This document shows positions 1 to 12,411 of a DNA stretch of 64,000 nt, piece by piece. This DNA is from Vicugna vicugna (taxonomy: Eukaryota). The stretch spans positions 62,001 through 126,000 of the forward strand of contig MU061579.1 in the NCBI GenBank assembly GCA_013265495.1, written 5' to 3'. Numbering within the stretch: position 1 is the stretch's first letter; every line of letters begins with the position of its first letter. Below the pieces are notes generated by a model. It ran no database searches and was not told the origin of the DNA. It saw only the letters and a program-made list of their open reading frames with translations. The position numbers and the translations under genes are program-made.

Positions 1-575
1 GGAATGTAGAATGGTGCAGCTGCTGAGAAAAACAGTTTGCTTGTTACTCTAAAAGTTAAAAATAGAATTACTGTACAATCCAGTAATTCCATCCTTCTTG
101 TCTGGATGTGGGCAAAATAATTGAAAGTGGAGACTCAAACAGATACTTGTACATCAGTGTTTATAGCAGCATTATTCACACTAGTCAAAGGGTGAAAATA
201 ACCCAAATGTCCTTCAACAGATGAATATACGTACAGAAGTAGTTATCCAGCCTTATGAACCTTTGAATGACAGTGTGACTCATGCTGCAACATGGACGAA
301 CCTTGAAAACGTGTTTAGTGAAATAAGTCAGCTACAAAAGGTCAAATATTACATGAATCAACTTACGTGAGGCACCTAGAATAGGCAAATTCATAGATCC
401 AGAAGGTAGAATGAATGTTACCAGGGCCTGCAGGAAGGAGCAATGTGGAGTTATTTATTAATGGAGAGTAGTGATGGCGATACGACATTGTGAATTTGTA
501 TAACATCATTGAATCGTGCACCTAAAAACACTTAAAATGGTAAATCTTATGTGTATTTTGCCATAACAAAAAATT
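1..575 (+). mobile_element. L1 3' end (ORF2 tail + 3'UTR), L1MB-like, running off window start
   Basis: L1 motifs 'tttatagcagcattattcaca', 'acccaaatgtccttcaacagatgaat', 'catgctgcaacatggacgaaccttgaaaac', 'cacttaaaatggtaaat'; ends in an A-rich tail. Confidence 0.9.
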
Positions 576-715
576 AACAGTGCATATATCTTTTTAAAAA
601 TTAAATGAATATAGTAATCTGTCATCATTATAAATTGGTTAAAATACCTGAATGGCATCCATCATATAAGATGACTTAAAATTTTCCTTATTTAATGATA
701 AAACACATTATATAC

Positions 716-870
716 TTTTTTTAAGTTGACATATAGCCCACTGACAATGTTGTGTTAATTTCTGGTATACAACATAATAGTTCAGTCATACATACATGTA
801 TATTCATTTTCATATTCTTTTTCATTATAGGTTACTACAAGATATTGATTATAGTTCCCTGTGCTATACA
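716..870 (-). mobile_element. Short L1 3'UTR terminal fragment (cetartiodactyl-type)
   Basis: Poly-T then 'gttgacatatag...aatgttgtgttaatttctggtatacaacata...ataggttactacaagatattgattatagttccctgtgctataca', the reverse of an L1 terminus. Confidence 0.85.
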
Positions 871-2569
871 TTTTATTTATAGATCTTTGTACTAAAATTA
901 GGATTTAAATACATAACCATTTCCTTAGAACTGTCCAAATATAAATTATACAATTTGCCTACAATATTTCTCAATAAATCATTAATGATTTTGATGAGAT
1001 GAAAACATTTTTCAAGACATTTTAATATCTTACTATACTTATTTTAAAATTTCTGTCATGGCCTGTAGTGTTTCCCTCTCAGTATTAATTATTCTGGTGT
1101 AATAAAATGTTGGAAATTTTAACACTATGAAATAACTTTCAGTCTAGTCCTTTTGATATATTTTTATCATTTGCATCACCCTGTCTGTTCAGGGTTACAT
1201 CACAACTGATCACTGAGTGCCTGGAAGAATGCCTCATCCCCACAGTTTTCTTGTCTGGTTCTGGGGATTGCTGTACCAAGTAAACCATCTTCTGCTTTTG
1301 AGTGCCATCCCCATAAAGGGTTATATTCAACAAAGAGGAGGAAACATGATAAAGTATTCTAACTGAAAGGCTTTTGAAGGGGAAGCCCTGAGGTGGTCTG
1401 TTATCAGGACCAGTGAGAGTGATAAATGATGTACGAAACTAGAGCAGAAAAACTATTGGCTAAGAATTGTCCTAAGACAGAAACGTACCAATCGGGATAC
1501 CCAATTGGAAGTCTGTAGCAGGAGGAAGTCAGAGCTGTCAGAAGTGGTCACCAAGCGTCAGTACACATTGAGCAGCAGGGGTAGTGATCTAGTGATGGAG
1601 GGTAACTCAAGTGATGTCTTAGCTCTCTTCTCAAGACTGGGATGCGGGAAGGAGGTGACAGATCCTTTTTTGGCCTAATAAGTTCGCTTTGCTGGTGAGA
1701 GAGCCAGATCCAGCTCTCCAGGCAGCAGTATGGTGACAAATAGCAAGGGCCATAAATTTAGTTCTTGGAATACCATGCTCAGGAATTTATTCCAAGAAAA
1801 TAATAATTTGAGACAAGGTAAATCAAATCTTTGTCAAAAATTTTGTTCATGTCAGAATTCTTAATAAAAGGGAAAGAAAGTGGAAAACAAGAAAATATTT
1901 TAGTAAGTTTTGGAACATCAGCAAAATTGGGCTGTTACTTAAGTAAAAGCATCATCATGGAAACCATCTAAAAACACAGAAGATGTTTGACATCACATTA
2001 AGTGCATACAAGTATATAAAAATGGCATTTAACATACATGCTGGTAAGTTGCTAAGAATTGGATATAATATGAAACTAAATAATTAAAAGGTATCTGGAA
2101 GTGGTGGGATATCTTTATAAATATCTTTCATGTCACTGAACATACATGTGGGCGTAGATAAGTGTACGTGTGTGTGTGTGTAATCCCAAAATTATTTGGT
2201 AATAAAGTTCACACTCACAAGTGCAATAGTCAGCTTTTTATATGATTTAGAATTAGGATCCCTCGTTTTTAAACTTTCTGTATCTACCATAAACAATCAG
2301 CCTAATTAACTGCAATGGAAAGGATTTTCTTAAAAATAGATGAGTAGTTCACAGCAATTATTGCTGACATGGCCCCAGCAGACCAGATTATGGCCTTGGA
2401 TCAAATGATAGGAAAATAGATTCCCCTGTTCTGTGGCCAGGCCCTATGAATATATTCTAGACAATTTTCCCTCCCGATGAATGGGAGCATCTGAGGAAAA
2501 AGACATCTCTAGTTTTTAGTCATCAGTCTTCCAAGAAGCTTCTCAAATAAAAAAGAAAGTACGTAGCTA

Positions 2570-3480
2570 AATTGCTAACATTACCAGAAAATGTCACTTT
2601 TAATTGGATGGGAATCAGGCGGCCAGGTGTGACAAGGAGGAAGGGGTTATCAGGAGCTAATAGTTTGACAGGAATGCAGCCTCATGCTTCTAATCCCTCC
2701 AGTGTTACCTCGTGATTACCAAGCACCCTGCTTAGATACGCCTTGTTAGTTTCTCTTTTGGATATCTTCATTCTTAGGAAAACCATACTTCTGTGGGCTA
2801 GAACATGATGATGTTAGCAGTTTAAAATATGAGCAGCTGCTTCAGCTGATCTGGTAGTTCACAAAAATTAATCTACCCTTTACATTAATCTGTGCACCAA
2901 TCAGAATGTTTCTTTAATCCAAGGAGTTTTATAATGCAGTCTAAATCATTCTGGTCCAGGTGCCTTGTGCTGCTTAAAGAAAAAAATAACGAGAAAATTT
3001 AATCTGAAGATTATTAAGTATTTTAGGCTGGTGCTGACTGGTTTCACCTAGCAACTGTAGAACATACTGAGCAAATCTAACGGCAACTCTTCCTTTCTGT
3101 CACTGCTGATCAAATAATTAGGAGAGAGTAAGTGTACTTGCTGATGGCAATAAAGGCGACAATGATAAGACACAGGATTTTTAAGGAGACAAAAAGTGAT
3201 TTGAGATAACAGCTTGTGGCGACTGCCATTTTTAGGACGATGATTAGCTGAATAGCATTCACGAAATCATAAGATGATGTGGCGGTCTTACAGGTGCACA
3301 GTTACAGAAACTGAAGAAACACCACATAGGCAAGGAATAAATGAACTCAGTTAAATAATCTATTGCCAAGGAATTGTTATTGGTCAGGTTTACAGGAAAA
3401 AAAAAATCAAAGAGCTTAAAATTTCACCAGATAGCTGATAATGTTACAGGCTTACACATCTTACTTCCATAAGATTATGC
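2570..3480. promoter_or_regulatory. Candidate conserved non-coding element / enhancer
   Basis: Repeat-free; 5 CpGs within ~3155-3285; TGACA and TAAT/ATTA cores. Conservation not tested. Confidence 0.35.
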
Positions 3481-3759
3481 CGGAGGCTGTGTGTGCTGGG
3501 TCAGATTTCAAAGCCTGATACAAATGATGCCTTTATAAAATGAGTGGAGGAAAAGACTGGGGCCTGGAAAGAAAAAAAAATTACACTGGATACCCAGAAC
3601 CAATCCTCCAATATTGTTCTATATGTAAACATTAAAAAATAGTGAAAGAGTTTGTCTTTGAAAATAAAAATTGAGTCTTCTCTGCTTTCAGCTATATAAG
3701 TGTAACTGGTTAACAGATTGTCCATTGCAATTGTAAATTCTTTAAAATAAGGAAAACAT

Positions 3760-4650
3760 ATGTCAGACCATAATGTTGAAGTGTTGACCAGTAGACGGAG
3801 CTGACTGTGATCCTTAGAAACTGGGGAACACAAAAAGTGAGCTCTGTGATCCTACCCACAGTGTCCACAGATGTCTGCCCTGGAGCACATTTCCACCAAG
3901 GAACATGGAATTGGATCCCAAGCAGGCCACTGGCTTCAGTGAGCTGCGAGAGCAGAGATAAGAACTGAGCTGCTGGAGTAGCCAGAATTTGTAGGGCAGG
4001 GTAACGGAAGACAGGGAGCTACACAGAGAGTAGAGGACAGGAGTTTGTGTGCATGTTCACCTTGGGTTCTTGGCTAATCCAAAGAGATACATGCTCAGAT
4101 GCTGAGGGCTTGGCAGGGGTCATGTGTTGCAGAAAATATGCAACGTGGGGAAACACTGAAGTGGTTACAGTAGAAGCAGAATGAAGAGACTGAACTAAGC
4201 ACCTCAGGCATTCAGCTAAGACTGTAGAGGAGCCTTGTCTTAGAGATGAGGAAATGAATCTAGAGTTAGAGCCCACCCTAGTACTAAATTCAAACCCAAA
4301 CTGGACCTGAACTAACTGAGAATCAAACAGCCTGGCCACACCCAGAGTTACCATCTCGCAGTGAAATGTCTGCCAGAATGAAGCTCCAATACCTTAAGGA
4401 AGAGAACATAACTCACCTATGATATGCAACATATAGTAGAAAACGATTAGACATGCTCAGAATATTATCTGTACTTCGTATACCTTAATATTGCTTATAT
4501 ATGAAAGAGAATTTAATAAACACAGCCATCATGATGCCTGAAATTTTATAATAAGCAGAAAAGGACCTTAAAGCAGATATTGTAAAAGGGTTCAAAGACT
4601 TAAAGGAAAATATGTCAAAAATGGATGAACATGTAGGGAATTTCAGGTAA
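3760..4650 (+). mobile_element. Old L1 5'UTR to ORF1 start (L1MC/L1MD-like)
   Basis: 'gccagaatttgtagggcaggg...ggagctacacagagag' 5'UTR-type sequence; 'ttcaaagacttaaaggaaaatatg...gatgaacatgtagggaatttcag' ORF1 N-terminus-like. Confidence 0.65.
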
Positions 4651-4719
4651 ATTGTACCTCTTGAGGGGGAAAAATAATTTGCAGACAGTTTAATATGACA
4701 TAGACTATATGTAGTGTGC

Positions 4720-5029
4720 CATTTTTTTCCTTTCTGCTTTTATTATTTTTCCCTTAACATTGATTTTCAATAGTTTGACCGTCACGTGCCAGGTGTATTT
4801 TTCTCTCTACTTATCCTCTCATTAATTTTTGACCGGATGCTTGTAATCTTATTTTGTTTATTCCTTCTTTATTCTTTTTTCTCTGTCTCTAAACACTCTT
4901 AGGCTGATCTCTTGGCCCCCATTGTTCTAAAATTTTATATGCCCTGATTTGGGTCTTTTCAGGTTGTAGTCCTGGCACTTGTTGGGCCCTTTCAGTCTAT
5001 AAATGCATGGGTTTTGGTTCAATATGTGT

Positions 5030-5070
<41 letters not shown>

Positions 5071-5890
5071 TACTTATTGCCCTCTATTTTTCTTTTTCTA
5101 ATTTTGTAAGTCATATTCAGGTTCTGTAACATCTAGGCAGATACTATATTTTCAAATTCTCTGTCTCTGTGTATGTATGTGTGTATATGTGTGTGTGTGT
5201 GTATATGTATGTATATGGTGTTTCCAGTTTTCTTTCTTATCTTCAATGTCAATTTCCAACATTCTACTGATTTTTAAATTCATACTAACATTTTATTTTC
5301 AAAGCATATTTTTCTTCCCTGAATATTTTTTTTAGAGATCTCTCTTTTTTTTTTTTTTATAGATGAACTTCACTGTGAGGTTAAAATGTGCCATATATTG
5401 CAGGATCCTCTGATATCTAATATCTTTAATACGTTCTTTGGGACTGGTTTTACCGACCAGATAAAATTCTTCCAGTGTCTTCCCTGCAGGGCAAAGTAGG
5501 CTACCAGCCTGCTGAAACCAAGTGGTAGAAATGGAGCAGATAAAAGCTCTTATTGTTTTCTGCTTTCAGAAAATTGCTACTACTTTCACCTACTCCTGGT
5601 GTTCCCCACTCCAAATTCCTGCTGACCTGCCCCCCACCAAGGTAGTAATCTTCAGGTTTTTTGCCCCACGGGTGGTGAGAAGACAGTGACCAGGCTGCGT
5701 TGGACGCCAGAGCCCGAGATGGGGTCTGCCTCTTGCATAGACTGTCAGGCAGTGCTCGTCATGCTTCCAGCGCACACCACGTTTTAGAATTACTTGTCGT
5801 TGCCAGTTGCTGAACCCTTCTGCCGCTCCCAGGTCTAAAGTGGGCTATTTCTGTGCTTCTTCCACTGTTAGGTTTAATTTCAGAAGCGGA
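4720..5890 (-). mobile_element. Old L1/HAL1-like ORF1 and 5' region, degraded
   Basis: T-rich reverse-ORF1-like sequence ('ttttcaatagtttgacc...ccaggtgtattttt', 'tgggccctttcagtct'), turning GC-richer toward 5600-5850. Confidence 0.5.
5037..5067. repeat. (TG)n microsatellite
   Basis: About 15 perfect TG units. Confidence 0.98.
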
Positions 5891-5894
5891 CTTC

Positions 5895-6090
5895 CAGGAG
5901 GAGATGGCAAACTACAGCCTTCCACCTGTTCTGATAAAAGTTTTATTTGAACATAGCTTTATTTACTCATTTTTGTATGATCTATGACTGCTTTCACACT
6001 ACAGTGGCAAAGTTGAGTAGTTATGACAGAATAACTGACCATCGACCAAGCATATTTACTATCTGTACGGAAAGTATTTGCCAACCCTTG
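5895..6090 (+). mobile_element. MER58A-like hAT-Charlie MITE
   Basis: 'ggcaaactacagcc', 'aaagttttatttgaacatagc', 'tctatgactgctttcacactacagtggcaaagttgagtagtt', 'tttgccaacccttg'; followed by 'gtctagag', a Charlie-type target. Confidence 0.9.
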
Positions 6091-6607
6091 GTCTAGAGTA
6101 TTTTTTACTGTTTACTACTTACACATCTGTTTTACAGCCTCCAAAATTTCATTTCTGTTGTTTCCTCTCACCTGCCATTTTTGTCCGTGTGGGTTTATTT
6201 TTGTTAATTCTTTACATATTTGTTCAGATTTCAGGTTGAAATGGAGTTAACCACGAAGGTGTGGTCAGCCAGTGGTAATTGAAGTCTCCTCTTCTGTGTC
6301 ATCACCACCTAAGCTGCTTGACCAGGACATTTTGACCTAAGAAAGCAGTCTGTTCCAAGGTAAATCCACAGAGAGTTCCCATACCCTTTTTATCTTTCCC
6401 GCTTTTATATGAAATATCTATTAATCTTTTAGGCATTTAAGTTTTTCATGCTACCCTAGATTTTACCAGTCATAAAGGAAAGCAGTGTGAATCTATATAA
6501 GCAGTTGCTGATGCTAATTTAATTGTATGTACTTTCATCCAGAAAACGTGTATAAAGTACCAAATATGCGGTGGTATTGTGTTCAAAGCTTAAAACACTA
6601 AAAATGG

Positions 6608-6651
6608 TAATAATAATAATAATAATAATAGTAATAATAATAATAATAATA
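6608..6651. repeat. (TAA)n microsatellite
   Basis: About 14 TAA units with one interruption. Confidence 0.98.
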
Positions 6652-6909
6652 AAGTTCATGTTCACTGCCCTTAAAAATGTAACCTGGTAAAGGATATAGA
6701 AATTAAAAAAACATTTCAAATCAATACAATGAGCTGTTGTAGAGGTAAGAACAGCTGATACAGGCAGATTTGCAGGTGATAGTCATAGGAGGCTTTATTT
6801 TGATGGATAAGTAGAGTTTTGACACTTAGAACATGAAAGATACTTCTCCCAAAAGATAAATATGTATTTAAAGAATCAAGTCAGTCTTAAAGAAGTAGAG
6901 CATAAAGTT

Positions 6910-7075
6910 CCACAGCTATTCAGGTTATTGAGCCTCTTTAAGCTTTTTTTTTTCCATCTGTGAGATGGAGATCCTACTCTCCTCATAGGTTTCCTGTAAT
7001 GATTATATGAAATGTTGCACTTGACTTTTAACAGAATTCCTGGCAGGTAATAAATGCTCAGCAAAAGGCAATTAT
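6910..7075 (+). mobile_element. MIR SINE
   Basis: 'ccatctgtgagatggagat', 'ctcataggtttcctgtaatgattatatga', 'cctggcaggtaataaatgctcagcaaa'. Confidence 0.75.
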
Positions 7076-7639
7076 CCTGTTAGTATAAATACTTTTTTTT
7101 TTTTTGTAAAGAAGGGTTAACAGTTTAGTCAAAAAAATAAATCTGTGGTACTATTTCAAACACAGTGGTAGCTATTGATGAGAGACATTTTGTCAAGGAG
7201 TAACCTTCCAATTATCCTTCAAATTACAGAATGTAGGCAGTTAATTACTTTATCCCCAACAGCTATGAGTGGGCCTGATAAGGGATTGTTCACAACTGGA
7301 CATTCTTGGTTTAGAATCAGGATCACCTGAATTCATGTTCATCCAAATTATTTTTACCACTTTTGTAAATATCAGTAATCCAGCTGCTTATAATTTATAG
7401 CTATTTCTCCTAGACAGATCTTATCTAGCAACCTGGGTAGCTTTACCTGAAGGAAAATATATCAATATATCTTCCCAAGCTATTATTACAACTTACATTT
7501 TCTTTTCATTTTGTTTGGGTTTTATTTTGAAAGGAAAAACCTTAACACTGTCATACAGAATTGATTGTTAAAAATTTGCAGCATTTATTGATCTAAGTAG
7601 ATCTGGATTTAGAACAAAAAAGGTGACATAACTTGGCAC

Positions 7640-8200
7640 ACTGTTGATTTACGTTTTTTTTTCATATTCTATCTCATTACCCATTTCCCGTTTACAAATA
7701 CAGACATTGTGACTGGAGATCTGGCATACTTGTCGAATTTAGCTTAATGTGTTGTTTAGAACTATGATATCCCAAGTTAATAAAGACAATGAGTGAGTGG
7801 ATCTATTTGGGTCTCTAGTAATCTATTGGAAGCGCGCACGAGGGATTTTTAGGACCCACAGAAGCAATCGACAAGCTTGTGTGATTGCAGTGTTTCTATT
7901 TTTGCACTTTAGGTGTCCATTTCGTATATAAGCTTTAATTATGCTTTGTAATGTAACCCCTGACCTAAATATTTGTAGAAATTTTTTAGCGTCCCCTCTG
8001 TAAGGTCTTAGAATTGCACAGTTTGATAATTTCCTTTGCTGAATTCTGGTGACAAATGCTTTTCTAAGCCTCTTAATCTCTCTGAATGTGGAACAGCATT
8101 TTCCCATATTGAGGAAGAAATTGCTGTCCATTTTGTATAAGAGAAGTTTTAAGCCAATGGAAAGGCTCCAAACTGAGCAGATATTTAAAGAGACTTAGTG
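7640..8200. promoter_or_regulatory. Candidate conserved non-coding element
   Basis: Repeat-free; CpG cluster 'gaagcgcgcacgagg'; SOX-type CATTGT (7705) and ACAATG (7786). Confidence 0.35.
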
Positions 8201-8412
8201 TCAGTCATTGGAATGGAAACCATTGAAGAAAAACGTTCTTTTGGCTTCTGTAAATGTCATATTGGGAGCAGACTCTGGGGCTGCGTGCAGCAGCACCAGC
8301 CTTTGAGGATAAAAAGGGACCAGGAAGGCACAGGATTGGAGCTGGAGAAACAGGCAGTTTCAGAGGCTGGTCCTTAGGAGAGCAGCTTGGCAGCCCAAAG
8401 CAGGGCGCTGAT

Positions 8413-8857
8413 GAGCTTGGCAAACTCATACTCAGCAGAGTACTCAAGGGAAAGACAGAGGTCATGTCCATTCAACATTTACGATGTAGCCTCAAGGAAG
8501 TCTGGGTGGTGACTGAAACGACATAAAGCTGTAGATTTATTTGTTTAAAATACTCACTTTCTTTAGAACTCTCATCACCTCCGGAGGCTGTGTTTCTGCT
8601 TAGAGTTGGGAACATTGATCTTGCTAATTCAGGGTAACTTAGTTCAATGCAACGCATTTTTTTTTCCACTTAAGTTTGTGATTTATATTCAGCCGTAGTC
8701 CAATTTAAATTTTCACCACCCAGTTTCCTCTACCTTTGGGTGGACTGTACCGTAACAAAAAGAGCTTGGCAAATGTGTGCTTGGCAGTATACTCAAGGGT
8801 AAGAGGTCACGTACATTCATTGTTTATGACAGCCTCAAGGAAGTCCCTTGGGTGACT
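8413..8857 (+). repeat. Diverged ~100-bp direct duplication (8413-8514 and 8762-8857)
   Basis: Shared collinear blocks GAGCTTGGCAAA, TACTCAAGGG, AGAGGTCA, CATTCA, AGCCTCAAGGAAGTC, GGTGACT. Confidence 0.9.
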
Positions 8858-10349
8858 CTACTGCTTTCCCAGGTATTCCCAGGTATTGCCAGGCCAGCAG
8901 GTTAGCGCGTGTGTGTGTGTCTGTGTTGAGGATATTCTTAATTTTATTTGATTGTCAATCCTTTAACTATACAAAATCAGTTGTTTTCTAAATAATTGGC
9001 TCTTTCAGCCCTGGTAGTTCTCGATGGCTCTCAGGGATTTGTCTCCCATCCATATCCATGGTATCAGGGACACCGGTCGCTACCAGTGTCTCACTCAAAA
9101 AATGGATTTCACCCACATCCCTATACTGCTATGTGATTCATCCTCTGCCAGTCAGTCCTGGCGTGGCATGGTTATTGGTGGTAGAGAATGCGAGGAGGCA
9201 GAACTACATCTGGTCCACATTCTATATTTCATCTCGTCTTTATAGAGGTTCATAATCTCTGTGCTACTTTTCCTTTTGTATTTGTACTCCTTTTGTATGT
9301 CACCTGTTGTGGTGTCTTTTGAATTCCAAGACAAGATTTAGCATCTTTGTTCTGGCAGTTGTTATGAGGACTTCGGGAAAATAAAATTAAAATCAACCCC
9401 TGATGTGACATAGTCATGCATTTAATGTTTAATCAGCTGCAATTAGCCCTTCACCTGCTGTACATCAGGTGGGAAGTGTTGCTGAGTATTGGCTTGGGCT
9501 GTGATTTCACTCACTTAATAACTTCCTCTCGGGAGGAGTAACAGATTCCACAGAGACAGCAGAAAATTGGCAAAATGTCAAGATACCAAGTTAGCATGCT
9601 GAGTTTCCTATTCAACTTTGAATTGTTTTGAGGAGCAGGTCTGTGTAAAAGGCTGGGTGGTAACATAGGGAACCCTGAGTCTCTGAGCCTCCAGGAATGC
9701 CCAGGAAGCATCCACAATAAGCTGGGTGTCAGGCGCGTGGGGGACAACTTCAGGGTGAAGGCTTAGAAGGCTAAACCTTTTCTAATAAGAGTCAGGGGAC
9801 CCTGAAGTTGGGGGACCTCTGGCCCCAGGGAGACCCTGCAGGGTCCTGCTTGGTTCCAATCATAACAGTTCCTTCTACAGTGCTCCAAAAATATTTCAAA
9901 CTTACTTGTTATCCCACCTTTGAGTCCTACTCCAAAAGCCGAGGTAAACGCCCTCCCCCAACCCCACCCAAAAGCATATGAAAAGAACAGTGTGTATGGA
10001 TTTCTCTCATCTCTTGTCCAAGAAGCTTTATTGGCATGGCCAGCCAAGGAGAGAGGTTTCTGTAGGTAGCGTGACATTTTGCAGGAGTCATCATCATGTT
10101 TTCTGTCTCTGATGCTTATCCCATGTTCACTTGGTCTGTGATAAACTTTGAGCAATATTAGAAAAAGTGGCTACTGAATCCCCTTGGTTGAGTTATTCCA
10201 AATTCAGCCATATTGCCTGGAGACCTCAGACCAAATTAAACAGGATGATGGCCTCGTGAGCAAGACCGCCTGTTTCTACAATCAAAGATGTGAGTTTCTA
10301 CTCCCTAATAAAAACCTATGTGTTAGGATGTTCTATGTAATAAAAAAGA

Positions 10350-10550
10350 TTAACAATAATTGTCAGGCACTTCACATATATTGTCTCACTGAAACAGTCT
10401 TAAATATGTGAAGTACACCAATGAGGAAATTTACTGTGCATGAAATTTACTAACAAGCAAGTTGTTATATAATTGTTTCATGCTGTATCCAGGATTAGAA
10501 CCTTAACCTGTATGACTCCAAACTTGTCTCCTACCTCTGCATTCTACTGC
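10350..10550 (-). mobile_element. MIR SINE, degraded
   Basis: 'aggcacttcacatattgtctca', 'aatgaggaaa', 'ccaggattagaacc...tgactccaaa'. Confidence 0.6.
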
Positions 10551-11354
10551 ATTGCTCAGAGCATTTACTTCTGCCAACTCCCACCTAGATAACTCACTAC
10601 TGATTTGCCAAGGCAAGTACTCTCCAGAAGCCATTGGATAATGACTCAGGGCTCCTCAGATCTCTATGCTAGCAGATATTTGGACAACAACATCCACAAG
10701 CCAACTCTGTGGGGTACAGCCTTATAATAATGCCTAGTTCACAGTCTCTACCCCAGTAAGAATGCAACAAATACCACTATTTGAAGATAAGGATAAGATT
10801 GGTGAACATGTATAACATTAGTCACAAACAATAGATTTTTTAAAACTCTTCATTTTGTATTTTCACTAAATTTAGGATAAAGGGAAACAGATCTCCTATG
10901 ATGCAAGAAAATCACTACATTAGCAAAGACACAGGAAGTGTCACTTCTAATTTTCTCCCATCCAGTGATATCAGTCTCCATCAAAAGCAGCTCATGCCCT
11001 TCCTGTGCTGTAAAACCTCCTGTGACATTATCAGAGCAAAGCAGTTACTTTAATTTTAAATGTAATAGGAGGCTTACTTACATCATAATCAGATACATAA
11101 TAAATGCTGGGAGGATCAGCTAAGTTTTGCAGGGATATACGAGCTGTAGTGTTTTGGCAATATCTGTCTGTTGTAGACTGTTGATTTCTACAAAAAAAGT
11201 GCAATTTCTAAAAAGAGAAGAAATATGTGAGCAAATCCTTTAAAATGAAAATAAGTCCGTTGATGAGAATGTATTCAGTGAAGTGGATTTCTCCTTCATC
11301 CTGGGTGTCTCTCACAGATCCAACCTGTTCATTCAAAAAATGGTAATGATACAA

Positions 11355-11610
11355 ATGTTAATAATGTCTGAAAATTTGTTTTTCAGATTTATGTATCAGT
11401 GTGCTGAGTGCTTTACTTGTATTATCATATTTATGCTAACAATCTCATGAAGAAGATATTATTATATTTTCCATTTTACATACAAGGAAAACATGCTTCA
11501 GATGGTTTACTAAACGCCCAGTGTCACAGTGCTGTTGAGTAATTCGATCGGTGTTGAAAATCACATCTGCCTGATCCCAGAGACTAAGCTCAGATACTGT
11601 TTCACTGAAC
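11355..11610 (-). mobile_element. MIR SINE
   Basis: 'gtgctgagtgctttacttgtattatcatattt', 'ccattttacatacaaggaaa', 'gcccagtgtcacag', 'tctgcctgatcccagag'. Confidence 0.8.
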
Positions 11611-11758
11611 TACTGTTTCTGAACTACAAACTGTGAACAAGTAAAAGTTGACTCTGGCGTTGGCTTTATTGTCTCTGAATTTATTTGGACTAATGCCTGC
11701 CCACTTCCCTTCCATTACTCTTTTCTATTGTCTCTGCTGGTTTTCCATCATCCCTGTG

Positions 11759-12309
11759 TGTGATGATTAATTTTATGTGTCAGCCTGACTGGACCATGGA
11801 GTACCCAAATATGGAGTAGACATTCTTCTATGTCCTTGAGAGTGTTTTGAATGAGAGTAACATTTAAATTGGTGGACTGAGGAAAGCAGATTGCCCTTCT
11901 TAAGTTAGGTGGGCCTTATCCAATCAGTTGAAAGCCTGAATAGAACAAAAAGTGTGACATTTCCCCAAGTAAAAATTTTTTCCATATGATTGGCCTTTGA
12001 ACTAGGGCATCAGATTTTTTCTTTCTTTTGGACTCACACTGAAGTATTGGCTCTTCTCAATTCTCAAGCTGCTGCCCTTTGACCTGGAACTACACCATTT
12101 CTCAGGCCTTTACATTCAGACCTGAAGTAAATCATCAGTTCTCCTGGGTATCCAGGTTATTGATTCATCTTACAGATCTTGAGAGTTGCAAGCTTTCATA
12201 TTCACATTAACCGGTTCCTTATAACAACTCTCTCACTCGTGTGTGTGTTATGTATGTGTGTGTATTTCTCCTATTGATCTTATTTCTCTGGAGAACCATG
12301 ATTCATACA
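11759..12309 (+). mobile_element. MLT2-family (ERVL) solo LTR, MLT2B/D-like
   Basis: Starts 'tgtgatgattaattttatgtgtca'; has 'aaagcagattgccct', 'atccaatcagttgaaagcctgaatagaacaaaaag'; ends 'tttctctggagaaccatgattcataca'. Confidence 0.92.
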
Positions 12310-12411
12310 CCAGATAATCTAGAACCTCAATCATAGTAACATTGCCAACTCTTTTATCTTATTTGAACACATTATTATGACTCTTTGTTGACACTCAAAT
12401 ACAAAGGAATT

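Noticed and set aside
6519..6719. Poly-isoleucine ORF resembling a transmembrane helix
   Set aside because: Artefact of the (TAA)n microsatellite
9763..10155. 130-aa minus-strand ORF
   Set aside because: No recognisable homology; length compatible with chance
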